A stretch of DNA of 64,000 bases from IMG/VR virus record IMGVR_UViG_3300021387_000025, positions 1-64,000 of that record, one strand, 5' to 3'. Made by a program: the position numbers and the translations under genes. The stretch comes from a virus (lineage: Duplodnaviria > Caudoviricetes). The notes under the pieces are model-generated. The model did not search any database and had not been told where the DNA came from. It saw only the letters and a list, made by a program, of their open reading frames with translations. Of the stretch, positions 41,873-53,400 are shown piece after piece. How positions within the stretch are numbered: position 1 is the first letter of the stretch; each line of letters starts with the position of its first letter.

Positions 41873-42085
41873 ATGTTACTTGAAACAACTCAGAAATTTG
41901 CAGTAGATACTGAAGTCAAAGCTAAGGACATGATTGAGGCTTTTCGCGCGGAAGCTGAGACAAAAGGATATACAGTTAAGAAGGCTGGATATGAATATAA
42001 AGTAAAAAAGGCAAAGGGTGAAATTATTGGAGAACGTTGGGTAGTAAGTGTAACTCAAGTATTTGGAACTCTTTGGGAGGAATAA
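41873..42085 (+). CDS. Small hypothetical protein
   Basis: GAGG SD; 70 aa. Confidence 0.7.
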   Translation: MLLETTQKFAVDTEVKAKDMIEAFRAEAETKGYTVKKAGYEYKVKKAKGEIIGERWVVSVTQVFGTLWEE

Positions 42086-42978
42086 TGAAAGAAGATAAAA
42101 TTATCAGCTTAGAAGAAGTTAAAGAGCTTAGTAAAGTATTAGATTCTACCTTCCCCACAGAAGAAAATTCAAATGAATCAGATATGAGTACATTGATGAT
42201 AAATCTGCTAAATATGCCTGACGAACAATTTGATCTTATAGCGCCAGGAGTATTGGAAGGTTTTGAGCGTTCAGTCAATAACCCAAATAATAGAATTGCA
42301 TTCGCGCAAGCAATGAATTCTCTTGGATATACTGCAGATGATATGGTAGAAAGTATTGATGAAATTACAAAATCCATTGATGCTGTTGATGTTATACCAG
42401 TCATGAAAAAAGATTTCTTAAAAAAGTTAATTGGTATTTTATTTAATACTATTAATGAAACTGAAGGAATTGCAAAACGATATATTTCCATTCCAATTGA
42501 ATTATGTCACGAAAATGCAAAAGTTCCACAATACGCGCATGTCAGTGATAGTGGAGTCGATGTATATGCTCTTGAAGATATAACAATTCATCCAGGAGAA
42601 ACAGTACTTGTTCCAACGGGTATAAAAGTAGCATTGCCGCCGGGATATGAAATTCAGGTTCGTCCAAAGAGCGGCCGCGCACTTAAAACAAAACTTAGAG
42701 TTGCCAATACGCCTGGTACAATTGATAGTGGATATCGTGACGAAATTAAAGTTATAATTGAAAATATTGAGCCTTCAATTAAAAACATGACAGTTGATGA
42801 TAATGGACGCGTAACTTCTGTTTTATTTGGATCTGATTACTTTATAGGAAAAGGTGAGAAATTTTGTCAGTTGGTACTTTCGGAAGTACCTAAAATGGCG
42901 TTCTATAGAGTTGATTCAATTAAAGAGGTTGATGAAATAGACCGTGGAGGTGGATTTGGTTCTACTGGACTAAAATAA
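42085..42978 (+). CDS. dut: Trimeric dUTPase with a long N-terminal extension
   Basis: DSGVDV, RPKSG, GTIDSGYRDEI, EKFCQLV and RGGGFGSTG motifs. GGAGG SD before ATG 42085. Confidence 0.92.
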   Translation: MKEDKIISLEEVKELSKVLDSTFPTEENSNESDMSTLMINLLNMPDEQFDLIAPGVLEGFERSVNNPNNRIAFAQAMNSLGYTADDMVESIDEITKSIDAVDVIPVMKKDFLKKLIGILFNTINETEGIAKRYISIPIELCHENAKVPQYAHVSDSGVDVYALEDITIHPGETVLVPTGIKVALPPGYEIQVRPKSGRALKTKLRVANTPGTIDSGYRDEIKVIIENIEPSIKNMTVDDNGRVTSVLFGSDYFIGKGEKFCQLVLSEVPKMAFYRVDSIKEVDEIDRGGGFGSTGLK

Positions 42979-42990
42979 TCCAAAACGTAA

Positions 42991-43710
42991 ATGGCAAAAA
43001 TTACAATAGAATAGATAGCACAAGAATTAGAATAGGACTCTTGGAAAGTTATATCAACTACTTATACAAATTTAAATGAGTAGATGGAATTTAAATGTTC
43101 TGAAGGTCATTCAGTTTATACTAGCTGGGGCAAATTGCGTGTAAAGCGCGAATGCCCCATTTGTAAAGCCAATAAATTTAAAAATGTAAAACCAATTATT
43201 ATTGAAAAAAATAAAAATGTCAATAGAATTTTAGCACTCGATCAAGCCAGTCATATTTGTGGATATTCAATTTATGACGATGGAAAATTGATCACATATG
43301 GCATTTTTGAAACCAAAACTCAAAATGAAGATACTCGCATTCATGAAGTTAAAGAGTGGTTAATTTCCATGATAGATAATTATTAGCCAGATGTTATTGG
43401 AATTGAAGGCATTTAGTATCAGCAATCATTTGGTGTAACTACTTTTTAGGTGCTGGCGCGATTATAGGGAGTTTTGATTGAGGAGTGTTTAGATTAGAAG
43501 ATTCCTTATGAGATTTGTCCTACAAATACATGGCGCGCCTACTGTGGAGTAAAAGGCCGTACTCGAAGCGATAAGAAAATGTCGATGTAGACTTTGGTTA
43601 AAAAATGGTTTGATATTAGTGTGAGTGATGATTGCGCTGATGCAATTGGAATTGGAAAATATGTTGCTGAAAGGCATTAGAAAAAAACTGAAATTGTCAG
43701 TTGGGAGTGA
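42991..43710 (+). CDS. ruvC: RuvC-like Holliday junction resolvase with an N-terminal Zn ribbon (10 TAG=Gln)
   Basis: CSEGH..CPIC, then ILALDQAS..GYS, Y-Q-PDVIGIEGI-Q, LARL-Q-GV, PTNTWR and DDCADAIGIG. Confidence 0.88.
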
Positions 43711-43712
43711 AG

Positions 43713-43931
43713 ATGGCAGAGATACAAAAACCTACAACTATGTTGATGGATGAATTTAAAGAGAAATTTGTTGAACTTTTGAATAACTCACAACTTCCTG
43801 CTTGGGTTTTGATTTATTTAATTGAACCTTATGTTTAGGAACTCAAACAGGTTGAACAACGAGTAAAAATTGAAGAACGTGAAGAATACGAAAAAACTTT
43901 GAAAGAAGCAGAAGAAAAGACGGAGAATTAA
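43713..43931 (+). CDS. Small hypothetical coiled-coil protein (1 TAG=Gln)
   Basis: GGAG SD; 72 aa; ends in TAA within the terminator loop. Confidence 0.65.
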
Positions 43932-43947
43932 ATTCTCCGTCTTTTTT
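43916..43947. terminator. Bidirectional intrinsic terminator at the junction of the convergent replication and structural blocks
   Basis: AAAAGACGGAGAATT-A-AATTCTCCGTCTTTT. Confidence 0.85.
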
Positions 43948-44089
43948 ATTTAAGTTCATCTTTGATTATAATGGCGCTAAGGATAAGCGGAAGAATTAAT
44001 AAAATTGCTTCATTTGAATATCATTTAACGCAAAGGAATGCATAAGCTAAGAAGCCTAGAATGTAAATTATATAAATTAAAATATTCAT

Positions 44090-44383
44090 TTAAATCTCTA
44101 CGTTGCTATTTTCTTCGGGATAAGAAATATCAATATTTGTTCCAGCCTCTTCGCCATCATATGTCCCTTCATCAATTGCATTGATCATCTATCTTGCGTA
44201 CCGTCTTGCCTCAAGAACTTCTTGATACTGTTCCACATCATCTCCAAGAAGCTGAGCTTCCATTGCTTTAATCACCACATAATCAGTGACTGACAAGAAT
44301 GCTTCGTAATACTCTCGTGTAGAATGTCGGTATTTTGGGAGTGTTCCGAGTGCGTATTTTTCTACTAAAAGTTCAGATATCAT
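44090..44383 (-). CDS. Small tail-fibre-associated (chaperone-like) protein (1 TAG=Gln)
   Basis: LSVTDYVVIKAME...R..AR-Q-MIN pattern; AAGGAGG SD. Confidence 0.7.
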
Positions 44384-44392
44384 ATAACCTCC

Positions 44393-47300
44393 TTATGAAT
44401 ATGTTCCAATTGCTATTACATCTATATACACATTACAAGTGGTTGAGTTAGCACCAACTCTTTCGACGCAAGCCGTCCCACCTGACGTGGCACTTGGCGC
44501 TGAGCTTCCAGCTGTCGCCCAACAGGTCTGATTTCCACCAGCTCCGCCAGAAGAACTAACTGTATATGCTCGATATGAAACTGTTGGAATTGCATTAAAT
44601 GCATAATACCAATTTCCAATATCAACCTCTGATTGAGATTCATATATCGGAGTAATCCACAATTTATCTAAAGTCATTGTTTTGGACACCCTTTTCCATG
44701 CTATCTAAATCTTTCTAGTGGAATCCGTAATAGTATTGTTTAAGAATCGTATGCATCCACTCGTAGAGTTTCCATATGCTCTGATAATTCCGGCAGGTGG
44801 ATATTCAGTATTTTGAAACGTTAGACCTAATGTACCATTCAAACTAAACTAATTAGTCCCCGCTGTATGCGCTGAATTCCACGCGGCGCAAGAAAGTCCT
44901 CCGTAAAGAAGCTGTAACTCCAAACCCTGTGAATTTGGTGCATATAACCTAATTCCTCCAGCATTTACGTATGTTTGCCCATTATCATATGAATTAGTAA
45001 TTGTAAGTACCCTTGTAAATAAATTTGTACCGGTTGACATGCCATCGTTCCGAGAAATATTAATAGTTCCACCAGTAATGTTTGCACTATTTGATGAAAG
45101 ACTATTAGCTATTAAATCTCCAGTATTAGTAACCTTAAAAACACCCTTTCCAAGTGCTATTCCATCAGTTCCAACATAAACACCGTTGTGAGTTGTATCC
45201 GACAATGAGGTCATACCATTATACATTGAATTACTTGAAAGGGTTAATCCTCCAATCGTGCCACTAGATGTATATAAAGTCCCCCAAATAATAGCATTGC
45301 TAGCCTAAAGAAGGCCCGCAGATGATACTTTAAAACCAGTAGCTCCACTCGCAGGACTGCTCCCGATTGTTCCATCTTTGGCAACATAAATTCCCATATC
45401 AGGCTTATTATTAAGATCATCAAAGGAGCCACTCGTTGCAACAGCAGATAATCCATTTATACTACTACTGTCAATCTTCACATCTGGCTATAATGTTAAC
45501 GACCTTGCTACAATATCACCAGTAATCTATAAATTACCATCATCAGTTGCTTTAAAAACAGGAACTACTGCATTATCAATATAGCTATTAATCTATAATC
45601 CATATTCATGAGTAGTATTATTTAAATGCCCAAGTCTTATTTTTTCATAAGAAATCGGCGCGCCGCCTTGCGTTGTATAAGTTGTCTATACAATAACACC
45701 TTCTTTATTAAATCTTACATAACGATCTTTATCATACATCTATCCAGCATTTGGATCGATTGAGAACGAATCATAAGCAGTAATGCCATCTTTATCCCAC
45801 TTAAAGGCAATTGCTGATTCGCCTTCTAGATTATTATCCATATCCCCAACAATTGTAATCTTTTTGGTATCAATTGAACCACTTGATAAATACTAAACAC
45901 CAACTCCATCGCCGCGCACTGCATTATTCCAAGTTTCGCCACCATTAGTAGTAATAAAAATACCGCCAGAGGTAATTTTTACTTGTTCACTAGTATTTGC
46001 CATATTTGTAACGGTAATACCCTAATCATCCGTAACGACAGAATTATTAATTGATGATCTATTTAATGCATTGTTATTTGCTTTTACTGATGAAGCTAAA
46101 ATATCAGTTTTAATTGTTCCGTCTGATTCAATTATATTAGAAACCTTATTGTATGCGCCAACCGTATATTGTAACGATTGCGTTTGAGCCGTAATTCTTT
46201 GGAATAAATCTTCAAATTGTGTTCGATAATTCTATACTGTAAAGCTATCCTTAGAAGGTTCATCAAAATTATAATTAATTTCTGTAATTACAACTTTTTC
46301 ACGATAAGGAGTTTTTACAAACTAATCACGATCATAAACCTAAATATATCCAAAGAAATCAGTATCTTCAACATAACTAATGTCACCCAGTCTAAAGTCT
46401 TTAATCTTAAAATCTTCAAGACTTGTTAATCGCATAACTGCAATATTATATGAAACTTTTGGACGCGAAGAAGTATAAGCCACAGAATTAGCATCAAGAT
46501 AATATAAATTATCATCATAATATTTCTAATCGGTCCACGACCCTTCAGAAATAAAATGAGCATATTTTTTATTAAACAAATCTGTTTTTAGTTTAATGTA
46601 TTCTTTATACTAATCCATCTATTGCTAATTAGCTTTGATTGTCTAATCATATGTAGCAATTACAGTATTTAATTTACTAACCTAATCTTGATAATAATTT
46701 ACTAATTGTGTTTGTGATTCAATCGCGGCAACATGACCTTTTAATTCAGGACTACTACCAATATACTACGCAATAAAAGCCTAAGTTCCTGTTGAATTAT
46801 AGGTTTTCATGCCAGCCATATTAGTAATCCAAGCCTGATTGTCTCTAATCTCTACGCCCGCCGCCTCAATCGCAGTCTTATAAACGTTTACTAGTCCTTC
46901 ATCTTTGTTTTTAGCAATTAAATAATTAGCAGTTTCTTCTGCTAGTCGGGCATACTCAGTATTCCAAAAATGTAAATTTGCATAAAAAGCTTGCGTGTCT
47001 TGATAAGTACCATGACGACTATAGAGGTCTTTATTTAATTCCGCGCCATCCATCATTTTATGATTGACATAATAATCAAAATTTAAAACATAATCAATCT
47101 ATGGATAATTAAATTTACTTCGCGAAATGCGGCAAGTACCATTTTCACCAAACTCATTATTATTTTCTAAAACAATTGTTTTAGTTACAATCTAACTAGA
47201 TTCAATAGTTCTTGAAATGGACTATAAATCAATACCATAAACAAAGCCAATTCCACGATCTTCACCTGCTTCGCGCCGAATAGTAATATATTTTTTAGGA

Positions 47301-49285
47301 CGAACCTACACTTTTCCTGGCTCAACTTCTACAATCTCTTGCTCAATCTTACCAGTTTCATCATGCCTAACATCAAATCGAATCCAGCACTCAAAGGTCT
47401 CAGCAATTGTCTGCAATATATTAAAACGATTAGATTGTTTTATATTAATAGATCTCACTTTAGAATAATTGTCATTATACTTCTATACTAAAGTAATTCC
47501 CTACTTGTTCCAATCTTCAAATCCACTATATAAATAATTTATTGTATTATTTTTAACAACAAAATAATTATACACTGTATTGATAATACCAGTCTTATCT
47601 AATTCACCAGGGTATAGCATATTACCCTAATGATCTTTAACAACTTTAAAAAGTTGAATTTCTTCAATATATCGCGCAGAAGTATTTGCTGTTTGAGTAA
47701 TAAATAATCCAATTCCATATCTGTAAATATCAGAACCGGTAAAACCATTTGTACAGGTTAATTTAAATTCCACCCAATTTTCGCTACCGCTGATTGGAGG
47801 AGTCACAGGATCTACTCTAAAAAAAGTAATACCAGTTGGCTATTTACTTCCAATAGTCGAATTAAATTGATACTGTCGTACTAATGGCGCTAAATTTAAA
47901 TTTGATGAATCACAATAACTATAAGCACCATTTATTAACTACTTTGCTTTTATGCGAACGTAGTAAACTTCACCTTGTTTACACTCTTCTTGAAAATGTT
48001 GACTATTAGAGTGAAATGCATCGTTATAATAAAATCTTGTGGAATTCCCAGCTGCGGGAATAGTCAAATACACAATACGAGTTTCTGCTGTGGAAGCTGT
48101 CACTGGATAAACAGTTAAACTAACTGGATACTCAGTAGGTGCTTCCCAGCCGGTAGTTGAAATAAATGCTGTGCCATTGGCGATTAAATTAGTCGCATAA
48201 AGCGCATCACCAAATTCACTACCGATTGATTCATAAACAATATCGCCTACTTCAACCTAGCCAGCATATTGTCCACTAGGATTAACTGCAGTTACTGTAT
48301 GAACATAACAACTTTTACCACTGACTGGCTCAATTGAATTAATCGGTTCAGAAACTAAACGATTAGCGCGGTATTGAGTAGAAATATAATTATATTGAAT
48401 GCTACCAATTGTCTAATTATCAACTACAAAAGTTAATATTTCATTTGTTATAGAGCAATTACAAGAGCTAATTTCATAACAATCTGCCTAAACTAACATC
48501 TCAGTCTAAGCCAATTTTGAATATTTTTGCTCTGGATCATAAGCAAAATATAATGGGCTAATTGTAGTAGATGGCGTTTGGATACTATTATTAATAAAAT
48601 CTGCTAATTGAGGATAATAAATCAAAATTTTTGTTGGCTTATTATCAATGGTAGATGGTATATTAACTGACTAAGAGGTTTGCATATTAGTCGCTGTAAA
48701 ACCTGATGTCAATTCAATTTCAAATACAGCTTCCTCATTAAACTGTTGAATATTATCTGTACTGCCTAAAGTCCATTCAGTTCCTTCAATAGTCCGTTCT
48801 ACCAACTCAGAAACAGTGCCTTGATTGCCACCTGTTACATTATTTAATGTTAAATCATCATCAAATATTAAATTAAAACCAGTTTTTGCCAATTCATTAA
48901 TATTAGCGTCTTCACACTAATAAATTACTGTTTTTCCGTTAGATGATTCTTGAATATTTTTGATAACTAAATCATACCAATTATTCAGCCATAGTACTTT
49001 AATTTTTCGTTCGTTAACTAATAAAGTTATAAATGAATTGTCGTAATCTTCTCCAGTTACTTCGTCATGATAACGATAATACATTTTAAAGGAAAAAGTT
49101 ACTTTTCCATTTACATTACAAATTAACTTTGGCTCAATAGCGCGGCAATCAGCTGTCATGGTATCAGATCCAATCACAGCAATTTTTTCTTCTTCATAAT
49201 GCCCAGGAACTAAATTCCCATTGATTTCTTGTTCAGGAATAAATATATCTTCCCATACAGAAATCTCATATTTATCTTTTGCCAT
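44393..49285 (-). CDS. Large tail-tip/baseplate hub-spike protein of about 1630 aa (many TAG=Gln)
   Basis: Five track ORFs (48917, 48671, 46781, 44849, 44393) share one frame, and the gaps I translated contain only TAG. Follows the distal tail gene. Confidence 0.8.
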
Positions 49286-49296
49286 CTAAACCTCCA

Positions 49297-50343
49297 TTAA
49301 TAATACAGATAATCATATTCTATTTTACAATTGTCCACTACTGAAGAGCGAGCAACATTAATTTTTATATAATCACAATAGTCAACTAATTCTTCCGCAG
49401 TAAGTGGGTCTGGATCTTGGGTTATAGGAATTTTAAAAAATGTACCACTTGATATATATTTATTATAAAGTGTGCCAGTTTTATTATTATTCGCATCAAT
49501 ACCATAAACTAAATTAGTTGCTGTATCTACAACAAGCCGAGTATCTCCACTGTCCATAATCAAACCAGTAAAATTTAATTGTGCCAAAGATACATCTCCA
49601 ACAGAAGAGGTGGCTGGTTTATTTTCACCTTTGACACGATGCACCATTTCCAAACTTAAATCTGAAGGAACAACATCATGGTCAATAATAACTTTAAAAT
49701 CTGTTGGAACGTCTCCTGGATTATAGACAAATCGCGCAGCTACATTCCCATTATCTAAACTACTAATATTTTTTAATTCATTCATCTACGCTTGACTAAG
49801 AAGATGAACAGAATCATACCATTCATCAATATTTGGATAATTAATTTCATCTTCTTCAAGCAAATCATAAATTTTAAAGTTATCTCTCGCATAAGGTACA
49901 TAGCTTATAAACTAGAAAGTAATTTCACCTTTATGCACGCGAAGTTTTTCAAAGAAAGTGTCTCCACCTGCCTGAACTGGTTTTTCTCTAAAGGTTAAAT
50001 ATTTAATTTGCGGCGGCGCCTGTAATTTAACCCTATATTTTTTATAAGGGACCTCATCAAGCACAAGCCAATCTTCTGCTTTGCCATTAAAAATCTATCT
50101 AATCTGACGTAACTAAGTTTCACTCAAATCATCAAAAGCACATTGAATAGTAAAAGTTCTCTAACTATAAAAAGAGTCCCAATAATAGGTACCATCACCG
50201 CCAGGTATTTTAGAAGTTGTATCGGTAAAATTAGGGATAGAAACATCATTATATCTATCGCCATCACTTACCCTATACAAACCTAAATCGCGACTATGAT
50301 GTTCCCCAAATTGAAACCCAAGATAATCTCCATAGTATTTCAT
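49297..50343 (-). CDS. Distal tail (Dit-like) protein (TAG=Gln)
   Basis: GFQFGEHHSRDLG, IPGGDG.YY, LVLDEVPYK.Y, PYA and YNPGDV motifs. Directly follows the tape measure gene. Confidence 0.8.
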
Positions 50344-50371
50344 TTTATTTCTCCTTTTAATTCCTAAAATT

Positions 50372-50398
50372 AAGTAGAAAAAACTAAAAACTTTTTTA
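50372..50398 (-). promoter_or_regulatory. Putative phage-specific (late) promoter TAAA-N17-CTACTT
   Basis: About 29 nt upstream of the Dit ATG. Confidence 0.6.
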
Positions 50399-50406
50399 TG
50401 ATTCTG

Positions 50407-50426
50407 GGGCCTCATAAGAGGCCCCT
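50407..50426. terminator. Hairpin after the tape measure gene
   Basis: GGGGCCTC-ATAA-GAGGCCCC; the U-tract on the minus strand is weak. Confidence 0.5.
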
Positions 50427-50431
50427 TTAAA

Positions 50432-53400
50432 TTATCTCATCAAACTAATTGCGTTAACATTTCGATACTCCGCGGCATCGTAAATTTGTTTTTTAATACG
50501 CTCTGCAAGTTGATCAACATCATAATCAGAATCAATTTCTGCCTGAATATCAATATCAAAATAATTATCTCCACCGGTCTACGCCGCAGTCTTTGTACTA
50601 GAAGTATTCTTTAAGATGGACGCAAGAATGTCTTTTAATGCAATAAAGTTCTATGTGTCAGCCGCATTCAACACCATCTCTGGACGTGATTTTGTACCAT
50701 CTAACCATGCGGGACCAGTAAAGTCTGCTAAACCACCTTGCTTATATGCTTGGAATGAATACAATGGAGTACCGTTTTGATGAACAGCAGTATAACCAAT
50801 TTGTCCATTTGGTAATTTAATTTTATACCAGCCATAATCACCATAACCAATAACATCAAAAGATTGTCCTTTTTCAGTATGACCAATTACGTTATTACCA
50901 TAGGCAACTGAACTTCTGACATTAACCCAACCATAAGTATTAGTAATACGTCCTAATTTAGCAGGTTCACTATTTTTAGGAGTCTACTGTGGAGTTGTAG
51001 CAGCAGGAGTAGAAGTAGTGGCTTTTGCTGGAGTAGTGGCAGAAGTAGTACTTGTTGTCGTCGTTGCAGGACGTGCTGCCTATGTAGTATTGGTAGCTTT
51101 TAACGAATAAGCCTATTTATTATAATCCCAATACAAATCTCCATCAGTATAAGTTTTCTTAGTCTTACTGTCATACCATGTTCCAGTTTTAGCATCATAC
51201 GTCAATGTTGTACCATCGTTTAAAGTCAATTTACCAGAACTAGATTTTGCTTCTGCCAATGTATAGTTTTGTAAGCCTTGAATTGCAATTGCAATTTCCT
51301 TAGTAATATCTTCGGTCCACTAGAAAGACTTTAATTTACTAAGCGCCTGGAAATTAGCATCTTCTTTTAATAACTAATAAAGATCACTTTCAACTTTAAT
51401 CTTTCCATTGGCATCAAATGCGCCCGATAGCTTAGATTCAACATCTGTCCAGAACATACCATAACGCTTTTCATGCTCCAACAAATCTTTTAATAGATCA
51501 ATCTGCGCTTGACGCTATTGTTCCGCGCGAGTTGCTTCCTCTTGCATTTCTTGGATGGTTTGATCAATAATCATATCTTGATAAGATTGCTGGTCATTGC
51601 TAATTTCTTTTTGAAGCTTAAGAATCTCTAAATCATTCGCGCCAGAGGTGTCGCGCTGAAGATATGCAAGCCGCATTTCTTTATCACGAATATCCTGTTC
51701 CTTTTCAGTATTTTCACGAGCTTGACGTTCTTTAGCAACCTCATCTTGAATTGCCGTTATCGTTTTGTTGGCCGCATCAGTAATTGAAGAATTAATATTT
51801 TCCAATGCTTCAATTTCTGCTTCACGGCGCGCTACCAATGCGTCATAAACTTTTTGTTCAAAATTGAGATATTCTTCTTTACCGCGATCTTGAATTTCAA
51901 TTAACTGATCATTAATTTCTTCAATAGCATCTTCTGTATCTACAATTTCTCCTTGAAGTTCTTCAAGACGCGACACATATTGTTCAACTGCTTTGCCAAG
52001 GTTTTCATCTACGATTTGATCAATTGCGTCATAATCAATTTGAACTGTATTAGTGCTTAAATCATAACTTGCATACCGAGTCGCGCCAACTGCGCCGAGA
52101 GTAGTGATGTTACCTTCACTATCTTCATATTTTTCATTTGCGACGTTTTGAACTTGGCGTTGACGACCAGCCAACATTTGTTTTTGAAGAGCAAGTTGCT
52201 GTTTTAAAGATGCTGTCTCGCGAAGAGTATTTTCTACGAGATCGCTAGCTGTCTTGGTATGATCTTTGAGCATATCTTCATAACGATGTTCAAGACGTTC
52301 GCGCTCACGAAGAGCAGTATTGATTTTTTGTTGAAGGTTATAAAGTTCATCATAGGGATTGAGCCATTGATTTGATTTTTCTTCTTTTCCAGAACCTCCC
52401 GAACCAGAACCGGATTTAGAACCACCGGAGCCTCTAGATCCATAATTCTATAATCCAGAAAAATCAGGTTTAGGATAATCTTTAGTAATAGGCTCCCACG
52501 TCATTTCATAAATAGGCACTCCTATTGTTCCACTTGTAATCTATTGATTTATATTATTCCATGCCTCTCCATAATTTAACTAATTAATCTTACTTGCTTT
52601 TGGAACCACAATCTATTGCACACCAGCCTATTTGTATGATTGTTTCAACCCCATATTTGCAGAGATTGCTTTACCCGCTTCACCAGAAGCATTAATCATT
52701 TTATTTAAGCCGTCTCTAAATTGATCAAGTTCCCACATAGCTTCTACAGTCAAATCTGGAAATTCCTCTAAAGTCTGCTAAAACCACTCTCTAAAAGTAA
52801 GGGTTTCTTCAGTAGCATTAGTTGGATCCAAAACAAAATCAATAATTGCCTATTTTCTTGTAATTTCTATCAATTCTGAAATTCTTGAATATGCAGCTTC
52901 TTGTTCTTGTACATTATCACTAACTAACTAAGTTAATAAGCCTTCAATTTCTGTTCCTTGGAAAAATTCATCATTTAGTTCACCAACAACTCCAAAAATT
53001 TCTTGTAAGGTACCTTTAAGATTTTCAAACTATTTAAACTACTCTGAACTTAATTCAAAACTTACCCCTTTTCCAAGCGGACCATTCTCCCCAAATAAAT
53101 TACTCCAATCTTTTGAGGTATCAATAAGTTTTTTCATGTTAGTGTTAACAATGACATATTGTGCAGCAATTTCATGAGCTGAATCAATCTCATTTTCTTG
53201 TACCTTACCAAGTCGAATTAATTCATCAGCATAAGCTTTTACTTCATTTGGGTCTAATCCTTTTTTAGACACCTCAGAATAAACTTTAGTCAATCTGCCA
53301 ACCTAAGAAGCTGCTAAACTATCAAAATCTCCTCCAATGAAATTTTCCAATACATCTTGTGGAATAACACTAGAAGCTTTGGAAAGAATTGCATTTTTGT

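Noticed and set aside
8985-43063. Extra CTACTT hexamers at 8985 (-) and 43058 (+)
   Set aside because: Both lie inside coding sequence and lack TAAW 17 nt upstream, so they were not counted as promoters.
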